NCBI GenBank assembly: GCA_017617335.1
Contig: JAFZWK010000034.1
Span: 6,774-70,773 of the forward strand
DNA: 64,000 nt
From: Bacteroidaceae bacterium
GTDB taxonomy: Bacteria > Bacteroidota > Bacteroidia > Bacteroidales > Bacteroidaceae
Direction: 5' to 3'
Program-made: the position numbers and the translations under genes
The notes under the pieces: generated by a model
Told to the model about the DNA's origin: nothing
What the model saw: only the letters and a program-made list of their open reading frames with translations
The model's database searches: none
Part shown: in pieces, positions 56,383 through 64,000 of the stretch
Numbering within the stretch: the first letter of the stretch is position 1
How the letters are laid out: each line of letters opens with the position of its first letter

Positions 56383-57359
56383 ACTACCAGTTAAGCATTA
56401 TAATCCCCTGCTACGACATCGAGTTGAGCGTACTTTCCAAATGCATCGAAAGCCTGGAGTTCATCTCTCAACTGATGACGTATGAGATATGGATCATCGA
56501 TGATGGAAGCCACGAGGATGTAGTTTGCGAATGGGTAAAAAATCTGGACAAAGAGAACATTCATGCCATTCGACAAGAGAACATGGGGCCTGGAGGCGCA
56601 CGAAATACAGGAATCGACCAATGTACAGGCAAATATCTCACTTTCATCGATGCCGACGATTACCTTTTCTATGGGCCGTATGTCCAGATCCTGAAGACGC
56701 TGCTCGACGAAAAGCCAGATATTCTCTGTCATGGATCGAAGAGAGTTTACGAGGGGCCAGCCACCTTGTTCATGATTAAATACGACATCATCCCCAGTTG
56801 CTGTTCCTATATCATTCGTCGAGAAACGCTTGGCGATTTGCGTTTTTCTCCCTATTTGTATCACGAGGATGAGGAGTTCTGTACTCGCCTCTTTCTCAAG
56901 CGCGCCCATCTGGTCACCAGCATCGAGCAGGCATACTTTTATCGTTATCGCTCTGATTCCATTACTCACAAGCAGGACAAGAAGCACATGCAAAAGCGAT
57001 ACTCTGACTACATAACAGTTCTTCAGCACCTGCAATCAGAAAAAGTCCCCTCACCCCACTCGCTCGCCCTGCAACGTCGACTCTGCATCATGGCTATGTG
57101 CTACATCATCACCTTGATGAGCGACAGCAAAAGTTGGAAATTCACAACACGTTCGCTCCAATCTCTTCGCTCGATAGGACTCTATCCCCTTCCCATGAGG
57201 GGCTGGTATGGATTCCGTTACCTGTTCACCCAGCTTACCACCTTCCATCCGATTCTCGTCTGCCTTCTTTCTCCCATAACACGTTTGCTGGTGAAACTGA
57301 AAAATGACAATTCTGGGCGTCGAAGCTTTGTGGCGCAGGTTGATCCCTTTGAAAGATAA
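56379..57359 (+). CDS. glycosyltransferase family 2
   Basis: LSIIIPCYD...IESL......EIWIIDDGS and FIDADDY (DxD). The ATG at 56379 overlaps the upstream stop (ATGA). Confidence 0.85.
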   Translation: MNYQLSIIIPCYDIELSVLSKCIESLEFISQLMTYEIWIIDDGSHEDVVCEWVKNLDKENIHAIRQENMGPGGARNTGIDQCTGKYLTFIDADDYLFYGPYVQILKTLLDEKPDILCHGSKRVYEGPATLFMIKYDIIPSCCSYIIRRETLGDLRFSPYLYHEDEEFCTRLFLKRAHLVTSIEQAYFYRYRSDSITHKQDKKHMQKRYSDYITVLQHLQSEKVPSPHSLALQRRLCIMAMCYIITLMSDSKSWKFTTRSLQSLRSIGLYPLPMRGWYGFRYLFTQLTTFHPILVCLLSPITRLLVKLKNDNSGRRSFVAQVDPFER

Positions 57360-57388
57360 AGCCCTCTCGTCTACCTCAAAAATACCCC

Positions 57389-57542
57389 ACACGTCGAAAC
57401 CTCGAACACAACACGTTGTGTTTGCAATTTCAACACGTTGTCTTTGCGGTTTCAACACGTTGTCTTTGCGGTTTCAACACGTTGTCTTTGCGGTTTCAAC
57501 ACGTTGTCTTTTTCATCGCCACACGTGGCAAGAAATTGATGA
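57389..57542 (+). repeat. 22-bp-period tandem array F (7 units, longest)
   Basis: Cores start at 57389 (ACACGTCG), 57411, 57433, 57455, 57477, 57499 (ACACGTTG) and 57521 (ACACGTGG). Three units are identical (ACACGTTGTCTTTGCGGTTTCA). The first core lies 30 nt after the GT2 stop; the last good core ends 148 nt before the ATG at 57654. Confidence 0.9.
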
Positions 57543-57621
57543 AAAATGTCATTCGCGACATCTTCTGCATTATTATTTGTTTTTTGAGGTAAAAACTTTT
57601 GCATGACATCTTTTTTTTCCT

Positions 57622-57629
57622 TATCTTTG
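57622..57629 (+). promoter_or_regulatory. -7 promoter box for the first metallophosphoesterase
   Basis: TATCTTTG, 25 nt upstream of the ATG at 57654. Confidence 0.45.
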
Positions 57630-57653
57630 CAGAAGATAATACCCAATGAAGCC

Positions 57654-58631
57654 ATGAAAAGAAGGTTTTTCTTGAAACTAAGTGCCGAGGTACTGGTTGC
57701 CTCGCAACTTCCTTGGCCACTAAGGGCAGAAGTGAAACGGAATGTAGGTAAACTGCGTCCTCTGAACATACGGGAGATAGAGATACCTGTAGGCATCGAG
57801 AAACCTTTCAGTGCCCTTCACATTTCTGACACACACTTGACGCTGGTGGATAACCGCAACGATGAGCGCAAGATAAAGCTTGCCGCCGATCGTGCCAGGA
57901 GCATGAACCTGGGAGAACACTATCTGGACGAGGCTATACGATATGCGAAAGAGCACGATATGCTGATGCTCCACACAGGTGACCTGACAGACTTTGTCTC
58001 GGAAGCTAATCTGGATGCTGCAGCTCGCCATTATCGCGAGGCTGACTGGTTCGTCTCAGCTGGGAATCATGAGTTTTCCCAATACGTGGGTGAAGCGAAG
58101 GAAGACGAGGCATATAAGGCTGAGAGTTATCAGAAAGTGCAAGACGCCTATCCCAACGACCTGACGTTCTGTTCGCGAGTTGTGGGTGGCGTGAACTTCG
58201 TATCACTTGATGATGTCTACTACAACGTGACAGAGCATCAGCACGAACTCATGGAGCAGGAGGTAAAACGAGGCTTACCTGTTGTTTTGATGTGCCACGT
58301 ACCTTTCTATACACCAGATTTCTGCGACTACTCGTTGAAACGAACTCCGAAGTGTGCCTATCTCACAGCTGCGCCTCTTGAAGTCACGAAGAACTTTGAA
58401 AATAATCCCAACCTGCCAGAGGACCAGCAATGGCGCAACCGTTCCGTACAGCAAAGGGCTGACAAGCCCACGATGGAGTTCGCGAAGTGGCTGAAACACC
58501 AGAAGGCTGTGAAGGGTATCCTCACTGGACACATGCATTTCTTCTATGAGACACGATACTCGAAGACAGCCATGCAGTATACCGTAGGAGCCACCTATAA
58601 CGGCGATGCCTATGCAGTACGATTCGTCTAA
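57654..58631 (+). CDS. metallophosphoesterase with twin-arginine (Tat) signal
   Basis: MKRRFFLKLSA matches the Tat consensus RRxFLK. Calcineurin-like motifs are HISDTHL, HTGDLTD, AGNHE, MCHVP and TGHMH. An exact -7 box lies 25 nt upstream of the ATG at 57654. Confidence 0.75.
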   Translation: MKRRFFLKLSAEVLVASQLPWPLRAEVKRNVGKLRPLNIREIEIPVGIEKPFSALHISDTHLTLVDNRNDERKIKLAADRARSMNLGEHYLDEAIRYAKEHDMLMLHTGDLTDFVSEANLDAAARHYREADWFVSAGNHEFSQYVGEAKEDEAYKAESYQKVQDAYPNDLTFCSRVVGGVNFVSLDDVYYNVTEHQHELMEQEVKRGLPVVLMCHVPFYTPDFCDYSLKRTPKCAYLTAAPLEVTKNFENNPNLPEDQQWRNRSVQQRADKPTMEFAKWLKHQKAVKGILTGHMHFFYETRYSKTAMQYTVGATYNGDAYAVRFV

Positions 58632-58715
58632 AAAGCTTTTGCATGCTATTCTCAAGAAAGAATTATCATATCATAAACTGAAGACAAAGGAATTAACCAA
58701 AAAATATTTTCAAGT

Positions 58716-59780
58716 ATGAACAGAAGAGATTTCATCCGCAACTCAGCAGCCGCAGGACTAGTTACAGCCTTCCCATTGGCTGCAGAGGCAGCAAAGAAGA
58801 AAAAGAACAGTAGTGTGGAAGCTCTGCAGGAACCTGCACTCAACGATGAGAAGCAGCGTTTCCACTTCCGACCTGATGGCAAGTTTAAAATCCTGCAGTT
58901 CACAGATACACATTACATCGCTGGTGACAAGCGTTCAGAGCGTGCCTTGAAAAACGTCATCGAAATGCTCGATCAAGAAAAGCCAGATCTGGTCATCCAT
59001 ACGGGAGACGTCATCTTTGGTAAACCAGCAGAGCAGAGCCTGCATGAAATATTGGCACCCCTTGGTGAGAGAAAGATTCCCTTTGCCATTGCGATGGGCA
59101 ATCATGACGGGCAGTATGACAAGAATCGACACGAGGTAATGGACATCATCCGTAGTCTGCCCTATAATGTGAACAAGGGTGTAGAAGGCATTTATGGCGA
59201 TTCCAATGATCTAATCACCCTATCAGATGAAAATGGTAAAACGGAATGGGCATTCTATCTTTTTGATTCAGGTGACAGCTGCGGCAATCCTGACATAAAG
59301 GGTTACGACTACATCCATTGGGATCAAATTCAGTGGTATCGCCAATGCAGCCAGAAACTCAAGGCTCAAAACGCTGACACTCCTCTTCCCTCACTGGCTT
59401 TCTTCCACATCCCAGTACCAGAATTCACTTATGGGCTCCGCTATGATACGAGCCGTATTCTGAAAGGTAACTTTGGAGAAGAGCCTTGCCCGCCAAACGT
59501 CAACTCTGGCCTCTTTGTCTCCATGAAGGAGATGGGCGACGTGCAAGCCATCATCTGCGGACATGATCACGATGACGACTACGCCATGAAGTGGCGAGGC
59601 ATGTTCTTCATCTACGGACGCTTCAGTGGCTGCGATACGGTCTATAACAATCTGAAGCCCAATGGTGCCCGTATCATCGAGATAGAAAAGGGAAAAGCTG
59701 GTTTCCGTTCCTGGGTTCGCTGCTACGGAGGTGAGATAAGCCAAGACTTGAAATATCCAGAAGCATTCCGTAAGTTTTGA
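58716..59780 (+). CDS. metallophosphoesterase with Tat-type signal
   Basis: MNRRDFIRNSAAAGLVTAFPLAAEA (RR-x-F-I). Motifs are FTDTHY, HTGDVIFG, MGNHD, FFHIP and CGHDHDDDY. Confidence 0.8.
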   Translation: MNRRDFIRNSAAAGLVTAFPLAAEAAKKKKNSSVEALQEPALNDEKQRFHFRPDGKFKILQFTDTHYIAGDKRSERALKNVIEMLDQEKPDLVIHTGDVIFGKPAEQSLHEILAPLGERKIPFAIAMGNHDGQYDKNRHEVMDIIRSLPYNVNKGVEGIYGDSNDLITLSDENGKTEWAFYLFDSGDSCGNPDIKGYDYIHWDQIQWYRQCSQKLKAQNADTPLPSLAFFHIPVPEFTYGLRYDTSRILKGNFGEEPCPPNVNSGLFVSMKEMGDVQAIICGHDHDDDYAMKWRGMFFIYGRFSGCDTVYNNLKPNGARIIEIEKGKAGFRSWVRCYGGEISQDLKYPEAFRKF

Positions 59781-59824
59781 CAGAAAAAAAACGTGAAATA
59801 CTATCACTTTTATGATTAAATGTG

Positions 59825-59832
59825 TATCTTTG
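59825..59832 (+). promoter_or_regulatory. -7 promoter box for the 1330-aa gene
   Basis: TATCTTTG, 74 nt upstream of the ATG at 59906. Confidence 0.4.
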
Positions 59833-59905
59833 CACTGAAAGAAAGTTCTCAATAAGAATTTAAACAGGAAAATAAGGTATAATCAACATTAAAAAAAACA
59901 GATTT

Positions 59906-62900
59906 ATGAGAAAAAAACTACTTTACAGTTTTGCCCTATCTGTGGCATGGATGTCAGCCACAGCTCAGGATGCACCTGTTGCTGATCTGTTGGATGTGGA
60001 GTTCAACATTGATGGCACAGCTATAGATGTATCGCCCATGAACAACACTGTTGAGTTCATTGGTGAAGGTCCAACGATTGCCTACAATGCAGCCTTTGGC
60101 CGCAATGTGGCAACTTTCTACACTGACTGGTCTGCAAAACCTGCCGGTTACTACAAGATTAATTTTGAGAACAACCAAGCTTTCCGTGATGCCTTGGCTG
60201 ACGGTCACAGTTTGGAAATTCTGGTGATGCCTAACTACGCAGGAGCTCTCGCTGACGTGGAGTGCAAGCCTTTTTCTGCAATGCAGGCAGGTGGCACTGG
60301 TTTTCTGATATGCAAGACGGGTAATGGAGGCGGCAAGAATTCGTTCACCTTCCTGCCCAATGTAACTACTACCGGCGCCAGTACATGGAGATGGACCACC
60401 AGTGGTGTAACTCCCCTCGCAGGCTTCTATTACCATGTGATTGGAGTATGGAACAAGGAAGAGGGCAAGGCCTATATCTACGTCAATGGTGAACTCAAGA
60501 ATGCCATAGATGCTCCTGGAGATTTACGTTTTGCTAACGAAGGATGCAACTGGTTCTGTGTTGGTGGAGATGCAAGTGGCAGCGGCGCAGAGGCAGGCTG
60601 GACAGGCGACATCATCCTCGCTCGCGTCTATGACAAACCTCTTACCGGCGAAGAAACTGCTGTCCTCTGGAATATTGTCAAGGAGCAGGAGGATAAAGCC
60701 AACATGGCAGTTTATCTGGAGGCGGTTGAAGAAGGTCTTCAGTATATTGATGGAGTACTTGCCACACAGAGCCTTTTGGATGAATACAAAGCTGCCCTTG
60801 AGACTTTGGATGCCTTGACTGACGGTGGCACAACGGAAGAATTGGAAGCACAGTTCGATATTGTGAAGATTTTACGCAATCAGGTGGAAACTTCTGTAGC
60901 TGCTTATGAACATTATTACGAACGTGTACAATATGCAAAAACTTATCTTCAGGAAAATACTGATTTCGAAGGTGATGATCGCGAATACATTGAGCAGTAC
61001 CTTAACGATATCTTTGATCCAAACGAGGATTATCCCAACGGTTCTTATACTTATGTATGGGAGAACCATACGATGACCACTGAGGAAATCACCGCTGAGA
61101 CTAACTGGGTTGACGAGAAACTGACTGCAGCCATCGAGAACGGATACAAACCTGGTGCAGACATTACCAATCTGTTGACCAATGGCAATTTTGCAGACGG
61201 CTTCAACGGATGGTCTGGAACCGTTGGTACGAGTACTGCTAAGAGCAATACCACAGAATATTACGGTGCTGAGACATGGGCTCGTGGATTCGATATGTAT
61301 CAGACACTGACAGGTTTGGAGAACGGAGTTTATGTATTGACTGCTAATGCAGCCTATCGTCCTTTCAATGATCGGTACAGTACTTATTATGCTGCCAACA
61401 TGTATCTCAACGAGAACCGTCTCTTCCTGCCTACCGCTTATGAAACACGTATCTCTGTAGCTGATGCTGTGGACGGAGAAAACTGTTATCTCACACAGAA
61501 TGGTAGCGATTCTTCTCTCGATCTGGAGATTTCTGACGACGAAGGAAACGTTATTGGATACGGCATACATGGCATGACCAGTATTGCCAATGCCGCAAAC
61601 GGGGGCCGTGCTCAGAATTATCTGGTAGCTAACGTAACGGATGGTACCCTAACCATTGGCTTCGCAAACCCCAACCCCAATGCAAGTACCGACTGGACTG
61701 GTATTGCAAATATTCATCTTCTCTATGCCGGCTCATTTGAGGCTGCCGACCACTATCTTGACGAGACCCTCGCTTGTATGGTGGCACGCGCTCAAGCCAT
61801 AATTGACATCGTTCCTGAAATGGGTGATAAATACGCACAGAATCCTAACTGTCCTCGGGTCATCAAGGATAAGCTTCAAGCTGCTGTGAATGCTGTGGCT
61901 TCCGCTTCTACCCCTGAAGAGAAATATACCTTGATCGGCACCTTCACTGCCCTGTGGAACGAGTTCTGGGATGGCCGTGACGCCTATGTGAAACTGCTCG
62001 ATGAGACCGAGACCTGCTATAGTATCGTCAGCGACCTCTTTACCGCAGAAAAACTAAGCAAAGAGGAATATAATCAGATGGAAACCGTTTATGGCAACAT
62101 ATTCAATGCATACGAGCAAGGTACCCTTTCCACCGAGGAAGCTCTTGCTATGGAACCCTTGAAGGCTACAGGTCTTATTCCCGACGTTGATGAGAATGGT
62201 GTCTATCAGATAGCCAACAATGCCCACATGGCTTACTATGCTCTCAAGGCCGGCTCTGCAGGCAAAGCTATAAATGGAAAACTTCTGGCAGACATTGACT
62301 ACTTTACTGAAAACCAGATGATGGAGAATTTCTATGGAGAGCTCGACGGCAATTATCACACCATCACGGTTGATATACATCGAGCCGCCCGTGGTGCTGC
62401 GCTGATCAACAACATGCAGGACGGTTCTTCTGTCAAGAACATGACCATCAAGGGTGAGGTGTATAACAGCGACAAGTTTGTGACAGCTGTAGCAGCCAAC
62501 ACCTATAACAGGACCACCATTTCGGGCATCATATCCCTCATCAACGGACATTCCACTTGTGTAGGTGACTCAGGTAACGGCGGTGTCATGTCATGTAATC
62601 GCGGAAGTGCTGTGGTCAAAGACTGTGTCTTTGCCGGTACAATGGAAGGTGCTGAAGCAATCAACTCAAGCGGTATCGTGGGTTGGACCAATGGTTCTAC
62701 CTTAATTGAAAACTGCCTCCAGATTGGCGACATCACATTGAATCCTGAGGGCTGCCGTACCATTGCCCGTGTTCCAGAACAGGTAATCCTTAACAATTGC
62801 TACTATAAGACTGCCTTTGGTGCAGAAGAAAGCACTCAGATTACCGACGAGCAATTGGCTAGCGGTGAGGTGTGCTATCTGCTCAACAAGGGCAACACAG

Positions 62901-63898
62901 AGAACCCCACTTGGTTCCAGACGCTGGGCGAGGATCTGTTCCCTGTGCCCGATCCCTCTCATCAGAAGGTCGGCAAGAAGGCCGACGGCACCTTTACCAA
63001 CAATGCCAGCGAGTGGGAGGCAGTTGAACCAGGACCAGTTGAGACAAATCCAAAGGCCGACGTATTTGATGTGGTCTTCTACGAGGACGGCACAGCCGAG
63101 GATGTATCTCCCCACCATAGTGATGTGGTAGCCTACGGCGAACCAACCACCTACTACAGCGATACCTACCAGCGCTATGTGGCTCACTTCGAGAATCCTT
63201 ACGGAGGCGTAGCCACCAACTTCTACAAAGGTACGGACTACAATCACAACGATGAGATACGCTATGCTTTGGCCAATGGTCACTCCCTCGAGGTGCTCTG
63301 TATGAACGACTATCCAGAAACCATACCTAACTCGGAGACCAAGCCCTTCTCGGCAATGCAGAGCGGCGGTACAGGCTTCCTGGTTTCCACCATCAGCGGT
63401 GCCCGCCAGAACGAACTGACCTTCCTGCCCAACGTCTCCACGTCTGGTGGCAACACATGGCGATGGGCCACCAGTGGTGTCGTTCCTGAGTCGAAGAAGT
63501 TCTATCATATCGTCGGTGTCTGGAACGCCGATGAGGGAAAGGCCTACGTCTATGTCGATGGCGAACTCAAGAACACCGTGGATGCTCCAGGTATCTTCAG
63601 GCTTGCAAGCTCGGATTGCAACTGGTTTGCCATTGGCGCCGATCCCTCGGGCCTTTCTACAGCACATGGTTCATGGAATGGTGACGTGGCCATTGCGCGC
63701 GCTTACAGCAAGCCCCTCACGGCCAAGGATGTGGAATATCTGTGGAATCAGGCAATCAACCCGACAGGCATCGAGAAACTGCCCGAACAAACTGTAATTG
63801 CGTTCCCAGGTGGAATTTTCGACCTCAACGGTGTAAGTGTCAAGAAGACCCGTCAGGGCATCTATATCATCAATGGCAAGAAGGTTCTCGTAAAATAA
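59906..63898 (+). CDS. 1330-aa secreted T9SS cargo protein with paralogous LamG/concanavalin-like domains at both ends and a CBM-like/beta-helix-like centre
   Basis: Signal peptide present. The N-terminal (about 59975-60690) and C-terminal (about 63055-63750) domains align at roughly 60 percent identity by eye over the core stretch quoted in the finding (KPFSAMQ.GGTGFL....TFLPNV.T.G..TWRW.TSGV.P...FYH..GVWN..EGKAY.YV.GELKN..DAPG). The C-terminus is GGIFDLNGVSVKKTRQGIYIINGKKVLVK. Confidence 0.8.
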   Translation: MRKKLLYSFALSVAWMSATAQDAPVADLLDVEFNIDGTAIDVSPMNNTVEFIGEGPTIAYNAAFGRNVATFYTDWSAKPAGYYKINFENNQAFRDALADGHSLEILVMPNYAGALADVECKPFSAMQAGGTGFLICKTGNGGGKNSFTFLPNVTTTGASTWRWTTSGVTPLAGFYYHVIGVWNKEEGKAYIYVNGELKNAIDAPGDLRFANEGCNWFCVGGDASGSGAEAGWTGDIILARVYDKPLTGEETAVLWNIVKEQEDKANMAVYLEAVEEGLQYIDGVLATQSLLDEYKAALETLDALTDGGTTEELEAQFDIVKILRNQVETSVAAYEHYYERVQYAKTYLQENTDFEGDDREYIEQYLNDIFDPNEDYPNGSYTYVWENHTMTTEEITAETNWVDEKLTAAIENGYKPGADITNLLTNGNFADGFNGWSGTVGTSTAKSNTTEYYGAETWARGFDMYQTLTGLENGVYVLTANAAYRPFNDRYSTYYAANMYLNENRLFLPTAYETRISVADAVDGENCYLTQNGSDSSLDLEISDDEGNVIGYGIHGMTSIANAANGGRAQNYLVANVTDGTLTIGFANPNPNASTDWTGIANIHLLYAGSFEAADHYLDETLACMVARAQAIIDIVPEMGDKYAQNPNCPRVIKDKLQAAVNAVASASTPEEKYTLIGTFTALWNEFWDGRDAYVKLLDETETCYSIVSDLFTAEKLSKEEYNQMETVYGNIFNAYEQGTLSTEEALAMEPLKATGLIPDVDENGVYQIANNAHMAYYALKAGSAGKAINGKLLADIDYFTENQMMENFYGELDGNYHTITVDIHRAARGAALINNMQDGSSVKNMTIKGEVYNSDKFVTAVAANTYNRTTISGIISLINGHSTCVGDSGNGGVMSCNRGSAVVKDCVFAGTMEGAEAINSSGIVGWTNGSTLIENCLQIGDITLNPEGCRTIARVPEQVILNNCYYKTAFGAEESTQITDEQLASGEVCYLLNKGNTENPTWFQTLGEDLFPVPDPSHQKVGKKADGTFTNNASEWEAVEPGPVETNPKADVFDVVFYEDGTAEDVSPHHSDVVAYGEPTTYYSDTYQRYVAHFENPYGGVATNFYKGTDYNHNDEIRYALANGHSLEVLCMNDYPETIPNSETKPFSAMQSGGTGFLVSTISGARQNELTFLPNVSTSGGNTWRWATSGVVPESKKFYHIVGVWNADEGKAYVYVDGELKNTVDAPGIFRLASSDCNWFAIGADPSGLSTAHGSWNGDVAIARAYSKPLTAKDVEYLWNQAINPTGIEKLPEQTVIAFPGGIFDLNGVSVKKTRQGIYIINGKKVLVK

Positions 63899-63929
63899 CA
63901 GAAAACAAACATTAAACAATCTTTAATAA

Positions 63930-63969
63930 GTGCCTCTCTCTGGACGGATCGGAGAGGGGCACTTTTTTT
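63930..63969 (+). terminator. rho-independent terminator of the 1330-aa gene
   Basis: Stem GTGCCTCTCTC (63930-63940) / GAGAGGGGCAC (63952-63962) with one G-U pair, 11-nt loop, followed by TTTTTTT. Confidence 0.75.
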
Positions 63970-64000
63970 GTTTACATTAATAAGATAAATCGATTCTAAT

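Noticed and set aside
9237-57542. The 22-bp arrays considered as CRISPR arrays
   Set aside because: The period is only 22 bp with an 8-12 nt conserved core. The 'spacers' within most arrays are near-identical rather than unique. Arrays have only 4-7 units, are scattered at six loci, and no cas genes are present.
57304-57796. Track ORFs 57304..57606 (+, 100 aa), 57452..57796 (-, 114 aa) and 57496..57720 (-, 74 aa) spanning array F
   Set aside because: They are translations of the tandem repeat (periodic peptides such as QHVVFAVSTRCL) and of the promoter region of the metallophosphoesterase gene. They have no independent start signals or protein-like composition.
62702-63667. 321-aa minus-strand ORF inside the 1330-aa gene (and similar ORFs at 59954..60436 and 60872..61570)
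   Set aside because: It is antisense to a gene supported by signal peptide, internal domain duplication and T9SS CTD. It has no recognisable domains.
1-64000. Search for transposases, integrases, phage genes, toxin-antitoxin, restriction-modification or other defence systems
   Set aside because: Every ORF longer than 150 aa on the supported strand has a metabolic, housekeeping, transport or secreted-protein assignment, or is a plain hypothetical lipoprotein. None shows nuclease, ATPase or methylase defence-type motifs or mobile-element hallmarks.

Overview
This is a densely coding chromosomal segment from a Bacteroidota genome, probably a Prevotella/Segatella-like Bacteroidales. Three things support that placement: several secreted proteins end in T9SS type-A C-terminal sorting domains, exact TAnnTTTG -7 promoter boxes precede most transcription units, and there is a Na+-pumping methylmalonyl-CoA decarboxylase operon. 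I call 53 protein genes and 2 tRNAs (Cys-GCA, Pro-TGG). I found no IS element, prophage, CRISPR array or recognisable defence gene. The ORF track labels TTG/GTG starts as M, so I re-derived starts by reading the codons. Housekeeping genes include dnaB, ettA, xseAB, ilvE, nadC, rlmH, pepD, serC-serA-DUF1015-yigZ, hsp20 and skp/ompH. A glycan-degradation island (about 9.9-24.3 kb) carries GH78, GH51, GH29 and GH31 without SusC/SusD; three island proteins (four in the window) carry T9SS CTDs. Inside it, a tight GH29 + aldo-keto reductase + amidohydrolase + Zn-dehydrogenase operon matches the three-enzyme L-galactose pathway known from Bacteroides vulgatus. Other content is the mmdA-oadG-like-BCCP-mmdB operon (its BCCP carries two complete biotinyl domains), a small flippase/glycosyltransferase cluster, two Tat-signal metallophosphoesterases, and a 1330-aa T9SS protein with duplicated LamG-like end domains. 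The main signal not explained by genes is a dispersed family of six intergenic tandem arrays totalling 29 phased units. Each array has an exact 22-bp period around the imperfect palindrome CAAC-AC-GTTG. The spacers are array-specific but homogeneous within most arrays (diverged in array A). Four arrays sit where a terminator would be expected, two of the six lie between co-directional genes, and two bracket the L-galactose operon. I do not recognise this as a described element. Its function (protein-binding array, RNA structure/terminator surrogate, or expansion-prone repeat) is unresolved.
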